DNA of 64,000 bases, taken from Phoronis australis. Taxonomy: Eukaryota; Animalia; Phoronida. The translations under genes and the position numbers were made by a program. The stretch spans positions 298,244 through 362,243 of the forward strand of contig NMRA01000460.1 in assembly GCA_002633005.1 (NCBI GenBank). The letters are read 5' to 3'. This document shows, in pieces, positions 38,001-50,000 of this stretch; the stretch's first letter is position 1; the number at the start of each line of letters is the position of its first letter. A model generated the notes under the pieces. That model had not been told where the DNA came from. It saw only the letters and a program-made list of their open reading frames with translations, and did not search any database.

Positions 38001-41000
38001 TGTTTTACTTCTCTCCGCGTTGTTTATCGCAGCACCACGCTGAAATCCACGGTCCTCGAGGCAGAATGCTCAGTTAGTTATGATTACATTGGGCGTTGGT
38101 TTAACTACATGTAAAACTTACAATATGCGAATAGGACCTCTAAATTGAAGCTGTCTGTATCAGACTGAGTATCCTACTCAAATGCCTTGTCTGTAGGTAT
38201 CCCATGAGCTAGCCATACTGAAATCCAAGTTGACTATATCCTGGAGAGGTGTCTTCCCTTTATAAGCAAATGATTTTATTGGCTACCCAAAAACGTGCAA
38301 ATTTGGCCTCCGGTATATTAAACTGTTTTGTGTTCGCTTAATGGAATTTCTTTGAGGACTCAAAGAATTTACTAAGCCCCTTGGTAAAATGCAAAAGCGA
38401 ATAGAGTAGGTCTATTCCCATGGAATGACACTAAGCCTCGTTTTACTCTGGTAACAGATATTAAATCTGTGATTAGATTTTTGAAGCAAAATAATGCTCT
38501 GAAACCCAGAAAGCTGTTCTCAATTCTCAAGCGTTACTAAAGCTTGGGCGAATTTACCTGAGGCTGCCGTAGCGAAAGAACCTCAACCTCTGACCTGCAA
38601 CGCCTTTATCGAATCACCACATTCTGTGCCACACAAATCAGTACTATGTGTCCGAACAAAGCATTGTTTTGACCACTCACAAAGTATGCAAAACAGGTTA
38701 CAATAAATTCATTTTAACGACATCGCCAAATAAGGGTTTAGTATTCTTTTTAAGTTGACTACACTTACATAAGTATAAGCAAGGCAATTCTAATACTATT
38801 TTTTCAACTTAGGTCGAATGCTTGTTGGTGTTACCGCTTACCGCTCGTCAAACGGACGACGGGGTGATCAGATTTATAATTCATTCCGGAGTACGAGATC
38901 TTCAGCTGCTGATTGGAAGTGGGAGTTATACGAGCACGAGATTGACAAAAATGCTTTAGATCCGAGGATCCGTTTTCCATTCGAGGTATAAAATATTTAA
39001 TGTTCCTGGTTAGACTTTTAGACATAGAACTAGTGTAAGAACGGTTGAAGAAAATGGAATTTAAGTACACTTCGTCTGGTCACTTTTTACTAGTCCTTTA
39101 GAAGGGTATATTAATGAGCAACCGTACTTCCCACACGGTAGACTTCATGTTTTAATTTTCACTGCAAAAAGCCCACGAGCTGACAGAATTTCCACTCCGA
39201 AGATGTCAAACGTGTTAATTAAAAACTTTCCGAAGTGGTCATCATCACATGACGAGGTTAGCGATCTGGACTCCCACTTAGGAGACATGGGTTCAAATNA
39301 TTGTTTTGACCACTCACAAAGTATGCAAAACAGGTTACAATAAATTCATTTTAACGACATCGCCAAATAAGGGTTTAGTATTCTTTTTAAGTTGACTACA
39401 CTTACATAAGTATAAGTAAGGCAATTCTAATACTATTTTTTCAACTTAGGTCGAATGCTTGTTGGTGTTACCGCTTACCGCTCGTCAAACGGACGACGGG
39501 GTGATCAGATTTATAATTCATTCCGGAGTACGAGATCTTCAGCTGCTGATTGGAAGTGGGAGTTATACGAGCACGAGATTGACAAAAATGCTTTAGATCC
39601 GAGGATCCGTTTTCCATTCGAGGTATAAAATATTTAATGTTCCTGTTTAGACTTTTAGACATAGAACTAGTGTAAGAACGGTTGAAGAAAATGGAATTTA
39701 AGTACACTTCGTCTAATCACTTTTTACTAGTCCTTTAGAAAGGTATATTAATGAGCAACCGTACTTCCCACACGGTAGACTTCATGTTTTAATTTTCACT
39801 GCAAAAAGCCCACGAGCTGACAGAATTTCCCCTCCGAAGATGTCAAACGTGTTAATTAAAAACTTTCCGAAGTGGTCATCATCACATGACGAGGTTAGCG
39901 ATCTGGACTCCCACTTAGGAGACATGGGTTCAAATCGTGGCTTCACTGGCTGACATTAGATTATTCCACGAAGATGTCTCCTATTCCTCTGAGCCCGGTC
40001 TTACATGTACATGTACTTGTGAATGTGTGCAAGGGAGTGGATGAGAACCTGGATATAATGTGAAAGCGATTTCTGGACTGTGCTTATTTTTTAAAGGATC
40101 GTATTACTATCACCGTAAACACTATAACATTGTGGTATCAGGTCGAATCTAAACGCCTCTAGAAACACATTACAGATTCTGATCTTTTTTGGCTTGTCAC
40201 CAGCATTGCCATATGCTCGTTAGATAGTGTCCACATATAACTTATGAAATATGCAGTTAGAGTGCGACTAATGCCTCTTCGTTTCTTGGTTTGGTACACA
40301 ATTTTATGGTTCAGAAGCAGACTGGAAGTCAGCAGAGGCTATTCTTGTAAAACCATGGACTGTTAACATTGTTAGGGCAGATCGAGTACTCGTATTCCAA
40401 TTTTTTTTAGTTAAATCAGCATTTCCTGTTTAGATATTTGTTTTAAAGTTACGACCTCAAGTCGCACGCTAAATATATTAAGCAAGTTTTGATTAAACAA
40501 ACAATTTTTCCACAATCTTACACAAAATCACAATCGGTGTCAGAAAAATGACACCTAGGAATTTGTATACACGGGGTATTGAAACCGCATTATGCACAAT
40601 CTTGTTTTCATCAGGGACAGAAAAAAATGAGGTCACCCTGGTCGCAGCTCTGCTTTCCCGTTCCCAAGTCGCCACCTATTTCCCGCAGCAGCACCCGTTT
40701 GCAAGCGCTGTTACTCCTTGTGCATCACTCGTTCGCGTACGCGTTGAAGGTTTTGCGGAAGCTCTCTATTGGAATACAACGCGTACGCGAACGTGAGCCT
40801 GGGATCTTTGGTGAATAGCACGTTCGCGCTCGCGTTTAGCTTGTAGTCGGAGCACTCACAAAATGAAACACAACGCATACGCGAGCGCGAACCTGTGATC
40901 TCTCGTTACGCATATGTGCGCGTTCGAGTTTAACGTGTTGCTGAAACGCTCTATTGATTAGGCGTGTGGTAAAAACGCTTTCTGGAGGGTTTGTCTTTAT

Positions 41001-44000
41001 TCATTTGAATAGAATATGCAAGCACCGAACACGAAAATGTCATCCGGTTTTTACATTCCAACAATGTGTCTGTTAGATTGTAATCAGCGCTATGAAACAA
41101 GAAGGGATAGGATACGCGAGCATAGACGACATTGTGGTCACTCGAGGAAAGTGTCCTATTAAGCCGAATGCACCCACCCTTTCGCCTCCTACTACGCGAC
41201 CACCACCGACAGGTAGGTGACGACATGAAAAACTATAGAAAAAAGTACTCAGCAGTGTGTCGCGGATTTATCTCTTTATGTGAGCATATTCTAAGTGCAT
41301 GTTCTATTTTAAAGGTCCATATCATTGAAAAGGTACAAATGGTAGCAGTTTACATGTAGCTGGCTTCTGCACGCAGCATTATTACGCGACCACTTATAGT
41401 TATGTCCTCTGTCGCGGCCGGTAATATAAATTCCTACAGTGAATGTAATGTGCGGTAATATTTGCCAATCTGGCCTTAAAATACCGCGCGGACGTTAGAC
41501 GTCGCTTTTCATGAACTGACCAATCAAACGCTCACTGCAAAGTAAAGGAGACGATGCCAAAACATCAGAACAAATAAAAGCATGGTAACGGAAGAAGAGA
41601 CGAAAAGTCACAGAAAAGAAGCGTCAGCAAAGATAGATCGATCCTTAGGAAATATCAGGTCACGTGCACCTCGGGAGAGCAATGTTGCCTTCGGCCTTCG
41701 ACCTAGGGCAACATTTGTGGCCCTCTGTCCGTTTGACCTGATATAAGCTTCGGGATCAGTTCATGTTTGCGTATTTTTAACCCAATGACGCAGTCCAACC
41801 AAAGTCCACGACGTCGCTGGTCATTATCGTCATTGCCGCTGGTGTTGTGCTTCGTCCTTGTGATCAATCATGTCAGGAACACAAACAATTGATAATGGGT
41901 AAAAAGTTACCTTTAGTACTTTTTCACGAGTCTGTAGAAATTTTAAACGACGAAAATGAACTGGTCATCTAGTTGGTTACTTATTTGCTCACTGCATTGC
42001 ATTGTTGACCAATTGATCATGTTCTGTAGCCGGAGCTGTAACATGTTTAGTTAGGACATTTTACCTACTAAGGGTTTTGACGTTTCCCACGTCATTCATC
42101 TGTGTTCTATTCAGATGCAAACAGTTTTTGCGCGATAAATTTATTAATTCGGATGTTTAACTGTTTAAAATGAAAGAGTTTGGCAAGCGCGGTGATGCTT
42201 TGGGTTAGCTCCGTCGAATTGTGCCATAGATACTGGTCCCACATCACAATCAATGCACCCGACAAGGTTATAAAAAGGAATGAATTCAAGAGACAACTTC
42301 AACTTTGTCAGACTTTGGTCCCATCGTCTGCCGTCACTTTCCTCTCCTGGCCTCCTATGGCCTTTGTCGACATTGAAGTATAAGATTTACAACCAACACA
42401 ATAACACTTTTAAACATTTTGGGCGAGCATGGGCAAAATACAAGTAACATGATGCTGTGTTAGCCCAATTGCAGGAGACATGCAAGAGACAAAAATTGAA
42501 TCAATTTGGTCCATTGCATTATCCCAATATTTCAGTGCCCTCCGACATGGAAAGTTTTCAAAAGTCAATGTGGACTCGACGTCGTTAGCCAGCTCGGTCA
42601 TCAAACGTTCCCAAAATAGTTTAATGTAATCATGTTGCAGCAGTATAAACAACACTCAACACGCAATCAAGTCCCAAACATAACATCTGGTACAGAATTG
42701 TTAATTGCATGACACTTCTGTTTCAGTTTTATTTGCTACATGTAAATGTTATATCATCTCTAACAAAGGCGCCTATTTCTCGGTAATTACACTGCAAAAT
42801 ATTTTTGTTATTTAAATATTTTCAGGAAATTAAATTAAAGATACTTTTGAATCTTCATTTTCAAAAAATAAGTATAACACAAATTTTAACCCGCACCACC
42901 TTAATTCCAAATGATATCCTTTTTTTAAAACGTTTAATCATTTATCAAAATAAACAGTCGTTGATACAATGTATATGTGTTGATGCTGTAATTATAGGCT
43001 ACACTTCATTGATTCAATACTCATCGATTCTATTAATTTTCCAAACTTCTGGAAACGCGCCGAAACCTATATTAAATGTAGCCTGTTAAATATTTTGTAC
43101 CCAAATGCATTTTTATATTGCGCCCACATATTCATATAAGGACCATTAAGCCGTCATCTCCGTCCGTCCGTCCGTCCGTCTGTCCGGCGTCCGCTGCTCT
43201 ATCTCTAAAATGCTTTTACGTATCTTCATGGAATTTTTCACGTGTTCCTACTGTGGATGGGACGGCCTGAGCGAACTTTCGGACGGATACGACTACCGGT
43301 GTGCCCCCTAGTGGCAATTTTATTTTTTTACGTTTACCTCTGTATCTTCAAAAGTCCTGGTCGGATTTTCATAAAAATTAATATGTAGGCACCTACATGT
43401 ATTAGTGAGATGACGCTGTCCTCCCGTTTTCGGATGGATTCAACATAGTTTGCGCCACCAAGTGGCCGTTGTTACTGTTTTCGAGTCTGCTTTTTGCGTT
43501 CACCCCTCTATCAACCAAACCACTCAAAGGATGATTGTAAAAATTGGCACAAGTACAAGTGTTCTGACTATGAAGTGGACGGCTGACGATGATTTTCCAA
43601 CGATTTCAACTACTGTGGCGCCTCCTAGTGGCAGTTTTGTTTTTTTTGCGCCTATGACTGTACCTTATAAACCGTTCGAAGGATCTTTAAAAAATTTAGT
43701 GAGTGTTTTTACATGATGTTGACAACGAACGACAACGACTTTCGGATGGATCTGACTACTGGTGTGCCACCTAGTGGCAATTTCATCTTTTTACGTTTAC
43801 TTCTATACGTTCAAAGGTCCTCAACGTATTTTGATAATATTTGGCATACAGGCATCTCTTAATGAGGCGACGCTATCTCCCTGTTTTCAGCTGGATTCGA
43901 CCTACTTTGCGCCACCTAGTGGCCACTTTTACTGTTTTTGAGTATGTTTTTGGCGTCCACTCGTCTATCAACCAAACCGCTTTCAGCATAATTGTGAAAA

Positions 44001-47000
44001 TTGGCATGTGTGTTTCTACTATGAAGTGGATGGCTGACGATGATTTTCCGACGAGTTCGACTACTGTGGCGCCTCCTAGTGGCATTTTTGTTTTTCTGCG
44101 CTCACCGCTGAATCTCCTAAACCGTATGCACGATCTTTACTTAATTAAGCAAGTGAATGTATGTAAAGATAACAGACGATGACTGTCAGGCGGATCAAAC
44201 AGACGCTGTGCCTACAAGTGGCAATTTCATTTTGTTCTGTTTTCCTTCGTTTCTCTGAGGTTCTTTGACAGATTTTATGAAATATGGCATGATCTCGTTT
44301 TTGGATTGAGTGTACGTTTTTGCGCCATCTAGTCGCCATTTTTATGATACAAATAAATAACCCTAAATGCACACCATTTGCGATGCATTCGTGGGCGCAT
44401 TTCAACGCTCCGCGTTGCTCTTGTTTCCCACTGTGCCATTTCATGACCACTTAAGTAGCATGACCTAAACCGTTTCTGGGGGTACTTAAACATAGTCTAA
44501 CTGGTAGCTTGAGTTTTTTTTTATTCCATTGTCCGCTGTAAAGATACATGCTATTTACGTTCGGCCTCTACAGCGGTTGCCAGAAAAAGGCTTCTCATTC
44601 TGTGTTTGGCTTAATTATACTTACCTATTCTTTACAGTTCCTTCTACTTCATACAAGACAGTTTAATCCATAAAACACATCGTTTTTTCTCAGATTGTGC
44701 AACAGAAACATGACGTTTTTCAATAATGAATTAGAAATGTTTTGTTCATTGATTTCAGAAAACTGCTAGGAAAAGTACCCGCATTTAAAAAACGACCTTA
44801 TATACATATACTATTTAGGCTTATCGCGTATTTACATGTACATGTATACTACTTGCTATGATATTACGACCAGCGGGTCCTTGTGGTAACAAACACGACG
44901 CGACGGAGTGTGCTTCTTGGGCTGACCAGGGTGAATGTGACACGAACCCCAACTGGATGCATGTTAACTGCGCACTGGCCTGCGGAAAATGTAGTGAGTA
45001 TAAAATTCCTGTTTCGAATTCAGAGTACGCAAGCACTCATAATTGCCATTGTTTACTTCTCAACACATCGTTTTTCACAGAAAATGTGTAACAGAAAACA
45101 TGGGATTTTTTAAATAATGAAAATAATGAATTAGAATTTTATTTAATCTGACTGTGAGCATTTGTACAACGAGTTTTTGTTTTTTTTACATGTACAGTAG
45201 GTATCATTTAGACTTAATTGCATTTGAACGTTTACCTTTTCACCAATGGTTTTGGTATTGCCAACAGCAGGTCTTTGTGAGAACAAACACGACACAGCAG
45301 TGTGTGCTTTATGGGCAAACAGGGGCGAATGTGACACAAACCCCAACTGGATGCACGTTAACTGCGCTCTGGCCTGCGGAATATGTAGTAAGTATAATGT
45401 TCGTGGCATAAATTCAGAGGAGTCCAAACCCTATGTTTTGTTATTTCCTCATGCGATAATGGTGGCCTGGTGAAGATTTGGACTCACAGTTAGCCGACCA
45501 AAAGTTAACGCCCATGTATTTTATGTAAAATTTTGATAGCTAAATCTTGTTAGAATCAAACGACACACCACAATCACCTAAAACTATCATTGTTCACTGA
45601 TGGTGTGGCTGATTCCCCTTCCCGCTGTTGCAACTCCCACCGTTTATATGTAAATATAATGGTCAGGTAACCTTTGCATTCTAGCTATTGTTAGCTAAAT
45701 TATTACTGTGATTCCCGTGGTTATGCCGACTTCGTGTTGATAGTACTGGTTGGGGAGTGAAACAAAGCAGTCGTGTCCTGGGTAAGTAAGTGCCTGTTCC
45801 GTGGCGAGAGAAATGCACATGCCAATCTTTCGCGTAATCTCGTGAAGTCTTGCTCTTCGAATGAGGTCCCAGCGAGGTCCTAAAGTTACTGAACGCTATC
45901 TAGGACTCCACTTAAATTCTAACTGAAATTAAGAACCAATGGAATTGACTGTTGCATGCTAGACATGGTAGCAGAGCAGGCGTGCGTTCAGTAGACGCTA
46001 GGACCTACGCTAAAACCAAGCTAAATCCTAGTCAAAGTCAAGTGTTCTTATTTACTATGCACGGCAATATCTCACGTCATCTCGCGGTCTTGCTTTTTAG
46101 CGAGGTCCTAGCGTTACTGAACAGGAGGCAGGTTTATTGCTAACTGGTTTCCAAATCAACAGTGAACGGTTCACGGTCTTACGGAGGATTTTGGCGGAAA
46201 AACGTCGTGAAGGAAACAGGCACGCCGAATGGCTAACAGGGCCGAGCATGGAGTCGAACACCATAAACCTCACTGTGAAGCGGCTGCGGACTTTTCGTCT
46301 TTCTGTGCGAGACATCAAGCTCAAAGAACAATGGGCGTCAAAGAAAAGTCTTTGAGGTTTAGCATACATATTGAGCAGTTGAATAACTTCCAAGAAGCAA
46401 GTCACCCTATTGCCGTTGACCATTAGATGTAGAAGATTCCTAATGAACATTTTCTTGCATTTGTAGGTTGACTAGTTTCGGCCCTGGTGATGTTTGGTTA
46501 TATTAGTGTAGGGTAATGAAAGTCTTATTGACGGTTTGTGCAGTGACAGGACTTTCGCGTTTTACGGTATAGGACAAATTTCGGAACGATATTTTTGTTT
46601 GGGAAAAGGATGTAATGGTGGTTGATCCTCTCCCCATTGTTGAAACCGGTCGTTTTTATGGAAATATAAGGACCACATGGGCTTTGTGTACTAGCTAATG
46701 TTAGGTAAGTTACTGTTGTGTCTCACGTGGGTTGTTGCCGGCTGCATCTTTCATGTCTGGTTGGGAAGTTAAATAAAGTAGTCGTGTCCGAGACTCCAGG
46801 GTTTTTCTCGCCTTATTTCTACCCAAAATGAAGGATCAACAGAGTTTAGCGATACAATCACAACTGCGAATCAGCAAAGTTATTGAAGTTCTTTTTGGAT
46901 TATTTTCTTTAAGCTTGTCTTGTGATAATGGTTAGCCAAGTAGGTCATTTTAAACCATAATTAAGTGCCGCTCTCATCGGTTAATGTCTAGGTCACAAGC

Positions 47001-50000
47001 CAATGAAAAGCAAGGTCACGTTCGGAGAGCAACTTCCTGTATAGCTGCATCCAGGGAAATTAATTGTGATTGATGTGGTTTTTTTATCAATTGGTTATAA
47101 TTTAAAATGATTGATTTAATTGGACACCAATTTTATTACAAATTTTGAAGCCTTCTTTTTATTTATTTTATTTATTATTTGGCCCTTGTCATAAAATTTT
47201 AGCCATTTTGGATTATTTCTATAAAGAAAAATAAGAAAATCTCTGATTTTACTACTAGTCAAACTGCATATGCAATAAAACTGAAACAAGATTACGCCAG
47301 TAGCAGTATATGTTGTTTGTATTTGTAATACATCAACAAATAATGATCTTCTTTTATACCAACATAAAAATATCTTGCATCAAAAACTAATCAAAAACGA
47401 ATTGCCTTCCCATCGGCACAAGAACACTGTGACCATCCCTCAATGTTACCGGTTTTGACTTGAATGCTTCACTGAATTTGTAACATTCCTCTGCAGGTAT
47501 CAAAATGGGTAATATTAAAACGCAACGCAGTCATCCAGAAGTGTGTGTTTTATTCATTTCACTCTGTTGGTTGCATTTTATGCAGCATTTAGGTTCTGGA
47601 AGAACAGATTGACGGGTTAATTTCCATTGGTTTCCATGCAAAATGTTTTTGAATTTTTCAAAATAGGGCCGGACGTAAATTTTTGATTTAAGTTAATTAA
47701 CATTTATGCAAATCTATTGCATTAACTGGACGCAGATTTTGTGATATTAAAATAAGGTTTGTGTACATGAGTCGCCTTGGTAACCATCTTTGGATTTTCA
47801 AAAGTGTCTTGTTGTTTATGGTACACTATCGATAAAACAAATAAATTCCTTAACATTTTTTACATTGGGCGTGTGCAGCTTTTGATACTGTTGTATTTCC
47901 AACGTTAAACGTTAAAGTTTGGCAACTCTCCTAAGTTGAAGGTAGTGTCTCACAATTTCTTTAATACAATTGCTTGCCTAACGTGACTCAAAAAGCCTAT
48001 AATTGATAATCTTGACAATGATTACATGTGGTTACCATGGATTGATACCCAATTCCGTTTAGTAACATCCATAAGTTTCACCAAAAAGTCAGTCCAAGAA
48101 GTCATGGCAAATTGCCTGCTTCTCAATAGAATTTGCCCTCAAACATAACGTCCTGTTTTTGACTGACAAATTATCTGGTTACCATGGCATCGATGCAGAA
48201 TTCAGCTTGACAACCCTCCAATGTTTCAAGGAAGGGTCATTACAAGTACTTTAAGCTAAGGAAATGTTATTAGTTGTTGCAGTAATACTTGCTTTAACAA
48301 TTGCTTATTGATGACATGACATCAAAAGTTTATCTTTGCCGAAAGGCGCTAGGCGTTGTGCTTCACGCGAGGAGCATTATTTTTACGTTACTGTCCTTTG
48401 AAGACTTTGGAGGGGTTGAAATGTTGAACTACAAACTGTATATAACCAATTCCGTTTTGATAAACAAATTCGTTGGTTTCTGATTTATATGTTCATGTAT
48501 GTATGTATAAAATCGACAAATTCGTAGATGGTTTTTGACAATTAAAAGCTAATCTTGCAAGAATTGATGATGTTTCAGTGGATTTAGTTGTAGACTGAAG
48601 TTGGAAAAACTTTATACATGTAATCCAATCCTGAAATAGTATAGTATACTTATGATGTTTGCCTTAATCTAAAATAACTCTCAGACTTTGATAAAATTTG
48701 GACAATTCCCAAACTATACTCACAATTTAAAATATAATGACAATAAATGCGTTGCTTTTTGACTTATGTACAAGATTTGTCGTTTAAATTCAGAAACAGG
48801 ATTCCAAAAATGAATTAAGTCATTAAATGAAAGTAAACGCATTGCTCATAGAATCGATTGTTGGTTTCTGATTTACATATTTCTGTATCTGCGAAAATCT
48901 ACTGGTTGTTAGAGGACTTTTTGATAATTAGAAGCTAATCTTGTAAGAAACGACGATGTTTGAGGAATTTTGTTGCAGGTTGACATTGGGAAAATTCGAT
49001 CTATCATCAGATCACCAAATGGCAAAGTAGACTAAACGGGAGCGTAGCATTTCGTCCTGGGTGCTATGTGTCGCTGGTTCTATGTGTCCCTAGTTCTAGA
49101 TGTATGTGTCCAGGGTCATACATGTATGTGTCCCACTCTTTTGCGTTATTATCTAGGCATTAAGTAGACGAGTGTGCAAATTTTGGCTACAATCGTCATT
49201 TTAGGTCCACGTGACAATTTTGAGGTGATTTTTCCATCCTGATTTGGGAAAAGAATTGACTTCACCAACCCTGACTTGCATGCCTAATTAGGTCTCAGAA
49301 TTTGGCCTAATGGCATAACTTTCGTGTAGGCATATCTCTGGAACTACTGTACATGTACTTGACAGAATCTCAGGACGTTTGGGTCGATTATTATGTTTAC
49401 TAGGGCGCCCAATTAATGTCTTGACACTTACGATGTCAATCAAGATCAGGATCACGTGACGAGTACCACAAAAATGTTATCTTTAGCAAAAAAACGTACA
49501 TAATGTTCAAACCACAGTCAGTACGTTCAGGTTTCTAAAGAAATTGCCAAACGACCATTGCGAGTTGCCCTTCTGAACCTAATAGATGGCAAAATAGCTC
49601 ATATAAGATTTCGTCAAGTAAATTAGCAATTTAGCAGTATTGCAACCTAGACACTATCTCATAGAAACCGATAATGGCCAAGGAAAATAATGACCTGTTA
49701 CAAAAGTTTCTGTGCGCAAATATCCGATATCGACGATTAAGAAGAACAATAAACTATACATGTAGATACTTTCTTGTAAATTTATTAAAGATGCGACCAA
49801 AATGCGACCTTTAGAGTGCGAGAATGCCAAAAAGATGTACACGTAATTAAGTACCATGTTGTTTTTATGCATTCTTATTGGATCCTGGTCGTTGTCAGAT
49901 CAAGCAATGCCCCCTGAAATTTTCTAAAGCCAGCTTAATCTTGAAACTGCGTCTTTAGTTCGCGAGATTTTGACTAGGTCGCAAACAGCGATCTTGTGTT

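Noticed and set aside
39885-39945. tRNA gene
   Set aside because: Only A/B-box remnants with no complete cloverleaf; better explained as a SINE head.
42114-42383. Possible exon after a tcag acceptor
   Set aside because: Stops in the required phase, no domain motif, and the gene model closes without it.
46137-46450. Overlapping ORFs of 65-117 aa between ShKT exons
   Set aside because: No splice or motif support; flanked by MITE and repeat fragments.
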